From an uncultured delta proteobacterium (GTDB lineage Bacteria; Myxococcota_A; Polyangia; Haliangiales; Haliangiaceae), in contig CAVUQH010000003.1 in assembly GCA_963743525.1 (NCBI GenBank), forward strand, positions 1,184,001-1,248,000: a DNA stretch of 64,000 nucleotides. The letters run 5' to 3'. Within the stretch, counting starts at the first letter, position 1. Every line of letters starts with the position of its first letter. Positions 40,372 to 51,915 of the stretch are shown here, piece after piece. A model generated the notes under the pieces. The model saw only the letters and a list, made by a program, of their open reading frames with translations. It was not told the origin of the DNA and ran no database searches. Position numbers and translations under genes: made by a program.

Positions 40372-41288
40372 CACGACGTGACCGCCGCCGGCAGGATGGT
40401 CGAGGGGTGCACGGCCGCCTCCTCGAGCGACGCCCGCTGCTCGGTGCGCGTGAGGTACCAGTCGACGTCGTAGTGGTCGTCGCCGGTCAGGTACCGCCAC
40501 AGCCGTGACCGGTTGGCCAGCTCCAGGCGGTAGTCGGCTTCGCCGTACCAGGGTTCGCGGTGGCGGAGGACGGCGGCGACCGAGTCGGTGCGGAACCGGG
40601 CGAAGACGTGGTCGTCGGGCCCGTTGTGCACGGCGGCCAGGTCGCTGGTGTCCCACTGGCGGACCTGCGGCATCGCCGGGTTGAGCCGGATCTTGTACAT
40701 CAACCGGTCGGTACCCGACGGGTTGGGCATGCCCCGATGCCACAGCCCCTGGTGGAACAGCAGCACCGAGCCGGCCGGCCCGGACCACTGCTGCTCGCCG
40801 GCCAGGTGCTGGTAGCGGCCGACGTCGGTCTCGTGGACCCGCCGCAGGTGCGTGCCGGGCACGTAGCCGGTGCCACCGGCGTCGGGAGCGACCTCGTGGG
40901 GGAAGTAGAACAGCTGCACGTCGAAGGCCACCGTGGGGTCGATCATGGCGTCCTGGTGGAGGGGCTGACCGAAGGGCGACCCGGCCGGGTTGTGGTGCAC
41001 GAAGTCGTGGTCGAACACCGGGTCGGGCCCCAGCAGTGACCGCAGCGCGCCGGCGACGGTGGGCAAGCGCAGCACGGCGCCGATGGCCGACGGGTCGGGG
41101 TACAGCTCGTGCAGCGGCTGTCCGCTGGACGGTGCGTTGGGCCGGGCCGGCGTACCCCAGGTGGCGAGGATGGCGCCCAGTTCGTCCATGGCCGCCTGAT
41201 TGATCTCGTCGGGCACGACGGCGGGGAACGCCAGCACCCCACGAGCGACGAACTCTGCGACCTGCGACGTGGTGAGCAGCTCCCCCAT
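40371..41288 (-). CDS. Phytanoyl-CoA dioxygenase (PhyH) family Fe(II)/2OG enzyme
   Basis: LHQD, GGTGYVPGTH, LWHRG..N...R. Confidence 0.85.
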   Translation of the reverse strand: MGELLTTSQVAEFVARGVLAFPAVVPDEINQAAMDELGAILATWGTPARPNAPSSGQPLHELYPDPSAIGAVLRLPTVAGALRSLLGPDPVFDHDFVHHNPAGSPFGQPLHQDAMIDPTVAFDVQLFYFPHEVAPDAGGTGYVPGTHLRRVHETDVGRYQHLAGEQQWSGPAGSVLLFHQGLWHRGMPNPSGTDRLMYKIRLNPAMPQVRQWDTSDLAAVHNGPDDHVFARFRTDSVAAVLRHREPWYGEADYRLELANRSRLWRYLTGDDHYDVDWYLTRTEQRASLEEAAVHPSTILPAAVTS

Positions 41289-41368
41289 GGCCGGCAATCT
41301 ACGCCACCGTCACCTGCTGCTCCCCATGGACTGCGGGGCGCCGGCGACCGGTCCCTACGATCAGGGAC

Positions 41369-42867
41369 GTGCGCATCCGCCGAACCGCCGCCGTCCTCGT
41401 CGGCCTCGCCGCGGCCGGCTGGGTCGTCGCTCGGCGCTCCCGCCCGGGGCGACTCGCCGCCACGGGGGCGGACCACCTGGTGGTGGCGCCGGCCCGCAAC
41501 CTCAACAACAAGCGGGCCCGGGCGATGGAGATGGCACGTGTCGGGCGGCGCACGGGTGGCGACTACGCCCTGCACCGGGCCCGGCGGATCTTCGCCGACG
41601 CCGAGCGCCGCGAGGAGCTCGACACCGCGTTCGAGATGCAGACCGCCGAGCAGGTGGCCGAGACCCTCGGCCACATGAAGGGCGCCATGATGAAGCTCGG
41701 CCAGATGGCCAGCTACCTCGACCAGGGCCTGCCCGAGCCACGTCCGCGAGGCCCTGGCCCAGCTGCAGGCCGACGCCCCGCCGATGAGCGCCGAGCTGGC
41801 CGCCGAGCGTCGTCGACGCCGAGCTGGGCGCGCCGCCCGAGGAGCTCTTCGCTCGAGTGGGACCCGGTGCCGATCGCGTCGGCGTCCATCGGCCAGGTCC
41901 ACCGGGCCATCACCCGCGACGACCGGGCCGTGGCGGTCAAGGTCCAGTACCCCGGCGTCGACGAGGCCATCGAGGCCGACCTGAGCAGCGCCGACCTCCT
42001 GTTCGGCGGCCTGGGCGTGCTGTTCCCGGGCCTCGAGCCCGGGCCGCTGGTGGAGGAGCTGCGCGACCCGGCTGCTCGAGGAGCTCGACTACGGCCTGGA
42101 GGCCGACAACCAGCGGCTGTTCGCCGACTTCTACCGCGGCCACCCCTTCATCCACGTCCCCGACGTCGTCGACGAGCTGTCGACCGCAGCGGGTGCTCAC
42201 CACCGAGCTGGCCGAGGGCGTGCGCTTCGACGAGGTCGCGCGCTGGAGCCAGGCACGAGCGCGACCTGGCCGCCGAGACCATCTTCCGGTTCGTGTTCCG
42301 CAGCCTCTACCGACTCCACGCCTTCAACGGCGACCCCCACCCGGGCAACTACCTCTTCCGCCCCGGCGGCCACGTCACCTTCCTCGACTTCGGCCTGGTC
42401 AAGCGGTTCACCGCCGACGAGATGGAGCACGTTCTCGGCGATGATCCAGCGCGATGGTGCTCGACCGCGACGTCGGCCAGCTTCCGGCGGCCATCGAGCG
42501 GCATCGGGCTGCTGCAAGCCGGGCGACGCCGTTCTCCGACGAGCAGGTGGAGGAGTACTTCGGCCACTTCTACGAGTTGGTGCTGCGACGACGAGGTCAC
42601 GACGATCGACCCAGCGAGTACGCGTCGCGAGTCGGTCCGGCGCATCTTCGACACCACCGGCCCGTACGGCGACATCATGAAGGCGGCCAACGTGCCGCCG
42701 GCGTTCGTGATCATCCAGCGCATCAACCTCGGTCTGTACGCCTCATGGGCGAGCTGCGGGCCACCGCCAACTGGCGGCGCATCGCCGAGGAGCTGTGGCC
42801 CTTCGTCGACGGCCCGCCGGCGACCCCGCTCGGCGAGCTCGAGCAGGACTGGGACCACCCCTCCTGA
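41369..42867 (+). CDS. ABC1/UbiB (AarF) kinase family protein (frameshifted)
   Basis: MKGAMMKLGQ, ASASIGQVHRA, AVKVQYPG, ELDY, GDPHPGNY, FLDFG. Confidence 0.9.
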
Positions 42868-42930
42868 AACTGGCAGTCGCTGCGTACCACCCGACGACGA
42901 CGTCGCTGCCGCAGTCGTAACGTCGGCGGC

Positions 42931-43179
42931 ATGTGTCGCTCGATCACCACCCTCCGGGGCCTCGAACCTGCCGCCACGCCCGAGGAGATCGACGCGGCGG
43001 CCCGCCAGTTCGTCCGCAAGATCAGCGGCATCCGCCATCCGAGCGCGAACACCGAGGAGCCCTTCGAGCGGGCGGTCGCCGAGATCGCCGAAGTCGCGGC
43101 CCGGGTGCTCGACGAACTGCCGCCCCGCCGGCAGCCACCCAAGACCGTGCCGCCTACCCGGCGAGGTCATCCGGCCTGA
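42931..43179 (+). CDS. DUF2277 family protein
   Basis: MCRSITTLRGLEPAATPEEIDAAARQFVRKISG. Confidence 0.85.
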   Translation: MCRSITTLRGLEPAATPEEIDAAARQFVRKISGIRHPSANTEEPFERAVAEIAEVAARVLDELPPRRQPPKTVPPTRRGHPA

Positions 43180-43282
43180 CCCCGGCATCCCTTCTCGCTT
43201 CCGGGCCGCGGATCGCGGCATCTGGCACAGACCTCGCACCCCAGAACCGCGGTGCGCCAGGGTGCACCGTAGGGTCGGAGGC

Positions 43283-44640
43283 ATGCCTGGACTGCTCGAC
43301 GGTGACCCGATCCGCACGCTCGACGACTACGTCGCCAAGGGCGGCGGGGAGGCGTTGCGGATGGTCGACGAGATCGGCCCCGACGGCGTGCTCGACGAGC
43401 TCGACGCCTCGGGTCTGCGCGGCCGGGGCGGCGCCGGCTTCCCCACGGTCACCAAGTGGCGGTCCATCGCCGGCGGCGGACCCGACGCCGGCGAGCGCTA
43501 CGTGGTCGCCAACGGCGCCGAGGGCGAGCCGGGCACGTTCAAGGACCGCACCCTGCTGCGCCATGACCCGTTCTCGGTGGTCGAAGGCCTGCTCGTGGCC
43601 GCCCGCACCGTCGGCGCCCGGCGGGCGTTCATCGCCCTGAAGCGCCCTTCGAGACCGAGATCGATCGGGTGGCCGACGCCGTGGCCCAGGTGGCCGCGGC
43701 CGGATGGGCGCCGAGGTCGAGATCGACTTGGTCGAGGGTCCCACCGAGTACCTGTTCGGCGAGGAGAAGGGCCTGCTCGAGGTGATCGAGGGCGAGGACC
43801 CGCTCCCCCGCCTGTTCCCGCCCTACCTGTACGGCCTGTTCACCACCAACCCGCAGTTCGGCTGGTCGGCCGGCAGCGCCCGGCACCGACTACGAGCCCG
43901 ACGGCTCCAACCCGACGCTGGTCAACAACATCGAGACCCTGTCGACCGTGCCCCAGATCGTCCGCCATGGTGGCGAGTGGCACTGCCAGTGGGGCACCGA
44001 GGAGTCGCCCGGCACGCTGATCTGCACCATCTCGGGCGACACCATCCGCCACGGCGTCGGCGAGTTCGAGCTCGGCACCCCGGTCCGCGAGGTCCTGCTC
44101 CAACTCGGCGGTGGCATGCCCGACGGCCGGGCGGTGAAGTACCTGCTCGGCGGGGTGTCCAACCCGATCCTGCGGGGCGAGCACCTCGACACCCCGCTCA
44201 CCTACGAACACCTCGACGCCCTCGGCACCGGCCTCGGCACCGGCGGGTTCATCGTGTACGACGACACCACCGACCCGGTGGAGCTGGCCATGGCCGTCGA
44301 GCGCTTCCTGTCGGTCGAGTCGTGCGGGCAGTGCCCGCCCTGCAAGCTGGGCGGGCAGGCCATCCTCGAGACGCTGGTCGAGATCGGCACCGCCACCGAG
44401 AGCCGGCTCTACGGTCAGCTCAACGGTTGGCTCGCCCAGGTCACCGACGGGTCACGCTGCTTCCTGGCCGAGCAGCAGCGCCGGGTGGTGTCCAGCCTGG
44501 TGCCCGACATGCACGACCCGTCGATGCGCGCCGGCGAGCGGGGACTGCTGATGGCCCCGATCGTCGACCTGCTGGACGGCCGGTTCGTGCTCGACGAGAA
44601 GCAGGCTCGCAAGCGCCCCGACTGGACCTACGAGGACTGA
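43283..44640 (+). CDS. Stand-alone NuoF-like FMN/4Fe-4S oxidoreductase, copy 1 (frameshifted)
   Basis: SGLRGRGGAGFPT, NGAEGEPGTFKDR, YLFGEE, NNIETL, ESCGQCPPC...RC. Confidence 0.85.
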
Positions 44641-44641
44641 A

Positions 44642-45923
44642 TCAGCGGGCGGTGGAGCCCTTGCCCCGGCCGGTGAAGCCGAACAGGTGGCCGGCGATCC
44701 GGCGGATCTGGATCTCCTCGGCACCCTCGGTGATCCGGTAGCGGCGGTGGTGGCGGTAGATGTGCTCGAAGGCATGTGGCGCGGAGTAGCCCATGCCGCC
44801 GCAGGTCTGCATGGCCCGGTCGGCGGCGTCGCAGCACAGCCGGTTGCCGCGGTAGTTGCACATGGCGACCTTCTCGGAGATCTCCATGCCGTGGTCGACG
44901 CTGGTCCATCTCCCACGCCGTCTGGCGGATCAGCGCCCGCAGCATCGCCGCCTCGGTGTGCAGCTCGGCCAGCGGGAACTGGATGGCCTGGTTCGACGCC
45001 AGCGACTTGCCGAACGACCCGGCGGTTGCGGCGTACTCGGCCGCCGTGTCGATGCAGTACTGCGCCGGCGCCGAGCGACGACGCCGCCTGGCGGATCCGG
45101 TTCTCGTGCACGAACAGCTGGGCCACCTGCAGGCCGTTGTCCGCTCGGCGCCGAGGATGTCGTCGTCGCGCACCCGCACGTCGGTGAAGCGACACCCGGG
45201 CGTGGTCGGTCGGCATGTTGAAGGTCCAGTAGTACTCCTCGATCTTGAAGCCCGGCGTGTCCGTCGGGACGATGAAGCAGGTGATGCCCGGCGGCCTCGC
45301 CGTCCTCGCCGCTGGTGCGGGCGAAGACGAAGTCGTGGGTGGCGACGTGGACGCCGGTGTTCCAGCATCTTCTCGCCGTTGATGACCCACTCGTCGCCGT
45401 CGCGCACGGCGGTGGTCTCCATCCAGGTGGCGTCGGAGCCGTGGTTGCGGCTCGGTGAGCCCGAAGCCGATGCGGGCCTCGCCGGCCAGCATCTTGGGGA
45501 TCCACTCGTCCTGCTGCGCCTCGGAGCCGTACTTCTCCATCATCAGCACGGTCGGGAAGTTGCCGACGATCGAGCGACTCGTTCTGCAGGTCGTTGAGCA
45601 GCCCGAGCCCCTTGGCGCGCCAGGTGCTCGCGGATCACCGCCATGTCGAAGTTGGTGCCGCCCCTTGCCGCCGAAGCGCTCGGGCAGGTGGTAGCGCAGG
45701 AAGCCGGCGTCGTCGGCGCGCGCGGCGCATCTCGCCGAGCAGTGCCTCCCACTCGTGCGTTGGGCAGCCCGTCGCGGTCCCAGTCGGTGCGGGCGTCCTC
45801 GCGCCGATGGTCGAAGAAGCGCTCGTTGTCGTCGCGGGCCTGGATCGGCGCGATGACGTCCTCGATGAAGCGGTCGAGGTCGTCGAGGAGGGTGACGAGG
45901 TGGTCGGGCAGGCGGAAGTCCAT
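44642..45923 (-). CDS. Acyl-CoA dehydrogenase (frameshifted)
   Basis: FGLTEP.HGSDA, WVINGEK, NQAIQFPLAE, ADRAMQTCGGMGY, RITEGAEEIQ. Confidence 0.88.
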
Positions 45924-45985
45924 GGCCGCCGAACGTAGTGCCGGCCCGGGAGCCGCCGCGCCGACCCGGATACGCTTCGCCGGCG

Positions 45986-46750
45986 ATGTCCCGTTCCGCC
46001 CTTACCGCGCTGTTCGTGACGGCCGCCCTCGTGGCCGGCGGGTGCTCCGGCGGCGACGACGAACGGGGCCTCGAGCCGCTGCAGACGCCGACGTTCGCAC
46101 CCGAAGCGACGGCCGACGGCTCGGCGAGCACGACCACTTCCGACGCCGGCTCGGGTGGCAGCACCACGACCGTGCCCGTCACCGCCAGCGGCCCGGGTGT
46201 CAGCGCCGATGCCGGGTCCACCACGACGACCACGACCGCGGTGGCTCCCCCGGTCGAGCGGGTGCGGGTGGACGACCCCGACGACGATGCGGTCGGCGGC
46301 GTCGACCAAGACCCGCCGGCGTGGACCGACCTGGCCGGCGTCGAGCTCATCCGCCAAGGCAACGCCTACAGCCTGCGGGTGCAGCTCGCCGGCGGCGAAG
46401 CGCCCGAAACCTCCGACGGCGAGTCGACGATGAACATCGCCAGCTTCTTCGACGTCGACGGCGACGGCTCGGTCGACTACGAGATCTGGGCCAACCTCGG
46501 CCCCGACGGATGGGGCGGCTCGTGGTTCGACGACCAGGGCCACGGCTCGTTCGGTGAGGACAGCAACGTGAGCATCGAGGTCGACGGCGACGAGGTCGTC
46601 GTCCTGTTCCCCGACGTGATGCTCGGCCAGGCCGACCGGTTCCGGTTCTCGGTGGCCTCCGAGTACGGCGAGCTCAGCGCCCTGGGCTCCGGCTTCACCC
46701 GCCGCGACGACGTGCCCGACAACGACGAGGCGGTCAGCTTCCCCAGCTGA
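45986..46750 (+). CDS. Lipoprotein with Thr-rich linker and acidic beta-rich domain
   Basis: Lipobox-like LVAGGC; TTTT linker; FFDVDGDGSVDY loop. Confidence 0.75.
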   Translation: MSRSALTALFVTAALVAGGCSGGDDERGLEPLQTPTFAPEATADGSASTTTSDAGSGGSTTTVPVTASGPGVSADAGSTTTTTTAVAPPVERVRVDDPDDDAVGGVDQDPPAWTDLAGVELIRQGNAYSLRVQLAGGEAPETSDGESTMNIASFFDVDGDGSVDYEIWANLGPDGWGGSWFDDQGHGSFGEDSNVSIEVDGDEVVVLFPDVMLGQADRFRFSVASEYGELSALGSGFTRRDDVPDNDEAVSFPS

Positions 46751-46762
46751 GCCCGGACGCGG

Positions 46763-46788
46763 GAACGGGGGCCCGCAGGCCCCCGTTC
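46763..46788. terminator. Hairpin between convergent genes
   Basis: GAACGGGGGCC-CGCA-GGCCCCCGTTC, perfect 11-bp stem. Confidence 0.7.
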
Positions 46789-46812
46789 GGCGCATCTGTG
46801 ATCGGAGCGGAC

Positions 46813-47250
46813 TCAGGCGCCGCCGTGGGCGTTGCCGCTGTTCCCCGGTGCTGGGTTGTTCTCGCAGTAGTACTCGGTTTCGCCGGTCGTGCCGTCCTCG
46901 TTGTTGTCGTTCAGGTAGCACGTCCAACGACCGTGATCCGTGTTGCCGCCAATGAGCCCGTTGCAGTGCTCGTACACATTCGCAGCGAGCTGCGCAGCGG
47001 CGTCATCTCCGCCGTTGTCGCCGTCCTGATCGCTGCCGGCGGCCTCGAGACCCTGGAAGGCGGGCGAGTGATCGGCGCCTGCTTCACCATCCTTGTCGTG
47101 ACCGTTCTTCTGGCCGTTGTAGTAGGCGGTGCAAAGACCATGGTCGTTGTGCCGTTCGGACCCGGCGCGGCGCTGGCCGAGACAACGCCGAACATGGCGA
47201 GCAACATGACGCCGGCGAACAGCGCCGCCGATGAGCTTCTTCATTGACAT
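46813..47250 (-). CDS. Small secreted His/Cys/Asn/Gly-rich hypothetical protein (frameshifts in the signal region)
   Basis: SD AGGAGG; MSMKKLIG...ASAAPGPNG/HNDHGLCTAYYNGQKNGH...YEHC...WTC...YYC. Confidence 0.7.
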   Translation of the reverse strand: MSMKKLIGGAVRRRHVARHVRRCLGQRRAGSERHNDHGLCTAYYNGQKNGHDKDGEAGADHSPAFQGLEAAGSDQDGDNGGDDAAAQLAANVYEHCNGLIGGNTDHGRWTCYLNDNNEDGTTGETEYYCENNPAPGNSGNAHGGA

Positions 47251-47390
47251 GACCCCTCCTGGTGAGACAACACGTGTGGCTGGCCTGCCCACTGGTTCGA
47301 CGCCTGCGCCAGCAGTTCCTCCCCGCCATCGGGAAGGGGTCACCCTGGTACGGAGCGGCTGCCAGAATGCGGAGAGGCAGACTGGGCACC

Positions 47391-47864
47391 ATGCGGATAC
47401 GTCGGATCTCGCTGCTGGTGCTGGCGCTCGCGCTACTGGCGGTCACCGCCAGCCCCGCCGGCGCCCACGTGGAGATCTACAAGTCCGACCCCGCCTCGGG
47501 CGGCACCGTCGGCCAAGGCACCCGCGAGATCTCCATCACGTTCATCTCGCTCGACACGTCGCGGCCGGTCGACGTGGCCGTCCTCGACGCCAGCGGCACC
47601 GACCAGGTCTCGGGCACCCCGCGTGTCCGTCCGCCCGACAAGGGCACCGAGGTGGTCGTGCCCGTACAGCCCCTGCAACTCGGACCCCACACGGTGCGCT
47701 GGTCGGCGTTCTCCTCCGACGCCGACGGCCACTTCGACGGCTCGTACACGTTCACCGTCGTCGAATCGAGCGCCGGCGGCCGGGCCTGGGTGCTGTGGCT
47801 GGCGCTGCTGGTCATCGCCCTCGCCGTCGGGGCGACGATGGTGGCCTCGCGCCGGCAGCGATGA
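47391..47864 (+). CDS. copC: CopC family copper-binding protein with C-terminal TM anchor
   Basis: Signal peptide then AH.....SDPA.G, VRWSAFSSDADGH...YTFTV. Confidence 0.8.
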   Translation: MRIRRISLLVLALALLAVTASPAGAHVEIYKSDPASGGTVGQGTREISITFISLDTSRPVDVAVLDASGTDQVSGTPRVRPPDKGTEVVVPVQPLQLGPHTVRWSAFSSDADGHFDGSYTFTVVESSAGGRAWVLWLALLVIALAVGATMVASRRQR

Positions 47865-48577
47865 CCGGCACCGCGCCGCTCGATGGCGTGACGCACCTCG
47901 GCATCGACGCCGACGACACGCTGTGGCACTCGGAGAACCGGTTCGTCGAGACCCACCGCCGGTACCACGAACTGCTGGCCGCCCACGTCGACGCCGGCGT
48001 CGACGAGCTCGAGGCCCGCATGCTCGAGACCGAGCAGCGCAACCTCCGCCTGTTCGGCTACGGCGCCAAGGCGTTCACGCTGTCGCTCATCGAGACGGCC
48101 ATCGAGCTCACCGCGGGAGCCATCCCCGCCGACGACATCGCCACCATCATCGGCTGGGGCAAGGACCTGCTCGACCATCCCGTCGAGCTGCTCGACGGCG
48201 TCGAGGAGACCATCGACGAGCTGTACGCCCGCGGGTTCGGGCTGCTGCTGGTCACGAAGGGCGACCTCTGGCACCAGGAGTCCAAGATCGCCGCGTCCGG
48301 CCTGGTCGACCGGTTCGAAGCCGTCGAGATCGTCACCGAGAAGGACACCCGCACCTACGCCGAGATCCTCGACCGCCACGGGATCGAGCCGTCGTCGTTC
48401 TGCATGGTGGGCAACAGCGTGCGCTCCGACGTGCTACCCGTCCTCGAGCTCGGCGGACGGGCGGTCCACGTCCCGTACCGGTACCTGTGGGCGCACGAGG
48501 ACATCCGCGACCCGGCCGCCGAGTTCCCCACCATCGCATCCCTCGGCCACCTGCTCGACCTGCTGGCTCCCGGCTGA
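47861..48577 (+). CDS. HAD family hydrolase
   Basis: DADDTLW, GYGAKAF, TKGDL.HQESK, MVGNSVRSD. Confidence 0.9.
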   Translation: MTGTAPLDGVTHLGIDADDTLWHSENRFVETHRRYHELLAAHVDAGVDELEARMLETEQRNLRLFGYGAKAFTLSLIETAIELTAGAIPADDIATIIGWGKDLLDHPVELLDGVEETIDELYARGFGLLLVTKGDLWHQESKIAASGLVDRFEAVEIVTEKDTRTYAEILDRHGIEPSSFCMVGNSVRSDVLPVLELGGRAVHVPYRYLWAHEDIRDPAAEFPTIASLGHLLDLLAPG

Positions 48578-48619
48578 CCCACCGCATGCCGGCCCGGGCC
48601 GGCGGGTACAGACCCGGGC

Positions 48620-50053
48620 ATGAACGTCCACCGTGTCCTGGACCGAGAACCCGTGCCTGCCCTGTCCGATCATCGAGCGCTGGGCGGCACCACCGCCCTT
48701 CTCGACGCCCGACGCGTGGACCCCGATGCCATCATCGACGTGGTGACCGACGCCGGACTTCGTGGCCGAGGCGGTGCCGGCTTCCCCACCGGCGTGAAGT
48801 GGCGCACCGTGGCCGACAACGCCCGTAGCTCGAGCATCGCCCCCACCGTGGTGGTCAACGCCGCCGAGGGCGAGCCCGGCTCGTTCGGTGACCGCACGCT
48901 GCTGCGCCAGAACCCCTTCCGCGTCCTCGAGGGCGCGCTCATCGCCGCCCATGCGGTCGGGTCGCGCTCCATCGTCGTGGTCACCAAGGAGCGGTTCGCA
49001 CAGGAGCAGAACCGGCTCACGGTGGCCGCCCACGAACTGATGGAGAGCGGCGTCGCCGGCGACGTCGACATCGAGATCATCGGGGCCGCCAACCACTACC
49101 TGCTCGGCGAGGAGACCGGCCTGCTCGAAGCCGCGGCCGGCCGACCGCCCTTCCCCCGTCTCGCAGCGCCCTACCGGCACGGCACCACCGAGGTCGGCGA
49201 CCCCAGCGGCGGCGCAGCCGGCATCGAGATGTCGGGGCCCGAGGGTGCGGCACCGCCGACGCTGGTGAACAACGTCGAGACCTTCGCCCACGTGCCCGGC
49301 ATCGTCGAGTACGGCTCCGACTGGTTCCGCGAGCTGGGCACGGCCGAATCACCCGGCACCACCGTGTTCACGGTCACCGGCGACGTCCACCACGGCGGCA
49401 CCATGGAACTGCCGCTCGGCACGCCCGTGGCCGAGGTCATCGAGCGGGTCAGTGGCGGTGTCCTGAACGGGCAGCCCGCCTTCCTGCTCAGCGGCATCGC
49501 CAACGGCATCCTGCCGGCCGAGGAGTTCGACACACCCACCACCCACGACGCCATGTCGGCCGCCGGCTCCGGGCTCGGCACCGGCGGCTTCATCCTGTTC
49601 AGCACCGAGACCGACCCCGTCTCGGTGGCCCAGGGCGTCTCCCGCTTCCTCGCCGTCGAGTCGTGCGGACAGTGCACCCCGTGCAAGCAGGGCGGCCTCC
49701 AGGTCGCCGATGAACTGGCCCGGCTCCACGACGGCAACACGACCGACGACGCCGTCGAGCAGATCATCGCCCACCTCCACGGCGTCCCCGAGGGGGCCCG
49801 GTGCGATCTGGGCCGCCAGCACGAGCGCGTCGTGTCGAGCCTGCTGGCCGAGTTCCCCGACGTGGCCATCGCCCATGCCGTCCAGGCGATCAGCTCCGAT
49901 CCGGTGCTGATCGCGCCGATCCTCGACATCGTCGACGGCACGGTCACCCTCGACCGAGACCACGAGAAGAAGCAGCCCGACTGGACCTACGACGCCGAGG
50001 ACTCGGGCCAGTCGCCGGCCGACCGCTACGACGTCGCCGTCGGCATCAAGTGA
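48620..50053 (+). CDS. Stand-alone NuoF-like FMN/4Fe-4S oxidoreductase, copy 2
   Basis: Intact 477 aa; GLRGRGGAGFPT, NAAEGEPGSFGDR, YLLGEETGL, NNVETF, ESCGQCTPC...RC. Confidence 0.88.
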   Translation: MNVHRVLDREPVPALSDHRALGGTTALLDARRVDPDAIIDVVTDAGLRGRGGAGFPTGVKWRTVADNARSSSIAPTVVVNAAEGEPGSFGDRTLLRQNPFRVLEGALIAAHAVGSRSIVVVTKERFAQEQNRLTVAAHELMESGVAGDVDIEIIGAANHYLLGEETGLLEAAAGRPPFPRLAAPYRHGTTEVGDPSGGAAGIEMSGPEGAAPPTLVNNVETFAHVPGIVEYGSDWFRELGTAESPGTTVFTVTGDVHHGGTMELPLGTPVAEVIERVSGGVLNGQPAFLLSGIANGILPAEEFDTPTTHDAMSAAGSGLGTGGFILFSTETDPVSVAQGVSRFLAVESCGQCTPCKQGGLQVADELARLHDGNTTDDAVEQIIAHLHGVPEGARCDLGRQHERVVSSLLAEFPDVAIAHAVQAISSDPVLIAPILDIVDGTVTLDRDHEKKQPDWTYDAEDSGQSPADRYDVAVGIK

Positions 50054-50118
50054 CGCCCATCTGACGCTCATCTGACCGGCCCGGCGACGATCACCGCTGT
50101 CGTCGGTAGGTTGCCGGG

Positions 50119-51220
<1,102 letters not shown>

Positions 51221-51224
<4 letters not shown>

Positions 51225-51915
51225 CGTCTCCCCTGCTGGTGGCCAACGGACCCGACTCGTTCCTGTGGTGGGACTGGGTCGGCCGACACACCGACGACAT
51301 CCGGGAGCGCACCATCGAGCACCTGCAGCTCACCGGCACGTCGGTGGGCATCGGGTTCGTGATCGCCATGGCCATGGCTGTCGTGGCCCTGCGGTGGCGT
51401 CGGGCGTACGCGCCGTTGGCGGCCCTCGCCGGCGGGCTGTACGCCATCCCGAGCCTGGCGCTGTTCGGCTTCCTCGTGCCCATCACCGGCCTCGGGTTCC
51501 GCACCGCCGAGATCGCGCTGGTGAGCTACACGCTGCTGATCCTGCTGCGGAACATCGTCGCCGGCGTCGACGCCGTGCCCGACGACGTCAAGGAGGCCGC
51601 CGACGGCATGGGCTACGAACCCTGGCGACGGTTCCTGGCCGTCGACCTCCGCCTGGCCACACCCACGATCATCGGCGGTCTGCGCGTCGCCACCGTCACC
51701 GTCATCGGCCTGGTGACCGTGGCCGCGCTGGTGGGCAGCGGTGGCTACGGCACGTTCATCGAGGACGGCCTCAACCGCAAGTTCAAGACGCCGATCGTCG
51801 TGGGCGCCGGCCTGTCCATCGTCATGGCCCTGGCCTTCGACGCTCCTGTTCGCGCTGCTCCAGCGCGCTGGTCACGCCCTGGAGCCGCGCGGACAGCCGG
51901 GCGGGTGGCAGCTGA
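51221..51915 (+). CDS. Osmoprotectant ABC transporter permease
   Basis: YAIPSLALF, EAADGMG, GGLRVATV. Confidence 0.88.

Noticed and set aside
46120..46245. ACC/ACG-rich repeats as a repeat array
   Set aside because: They encode the Thr-rich linker of the lipoprotein
43283..50053. Respiratory complex I (nuo) operon
   Set aside because: No other nuo subunits in the window, so the nuoF symbol was not assigned
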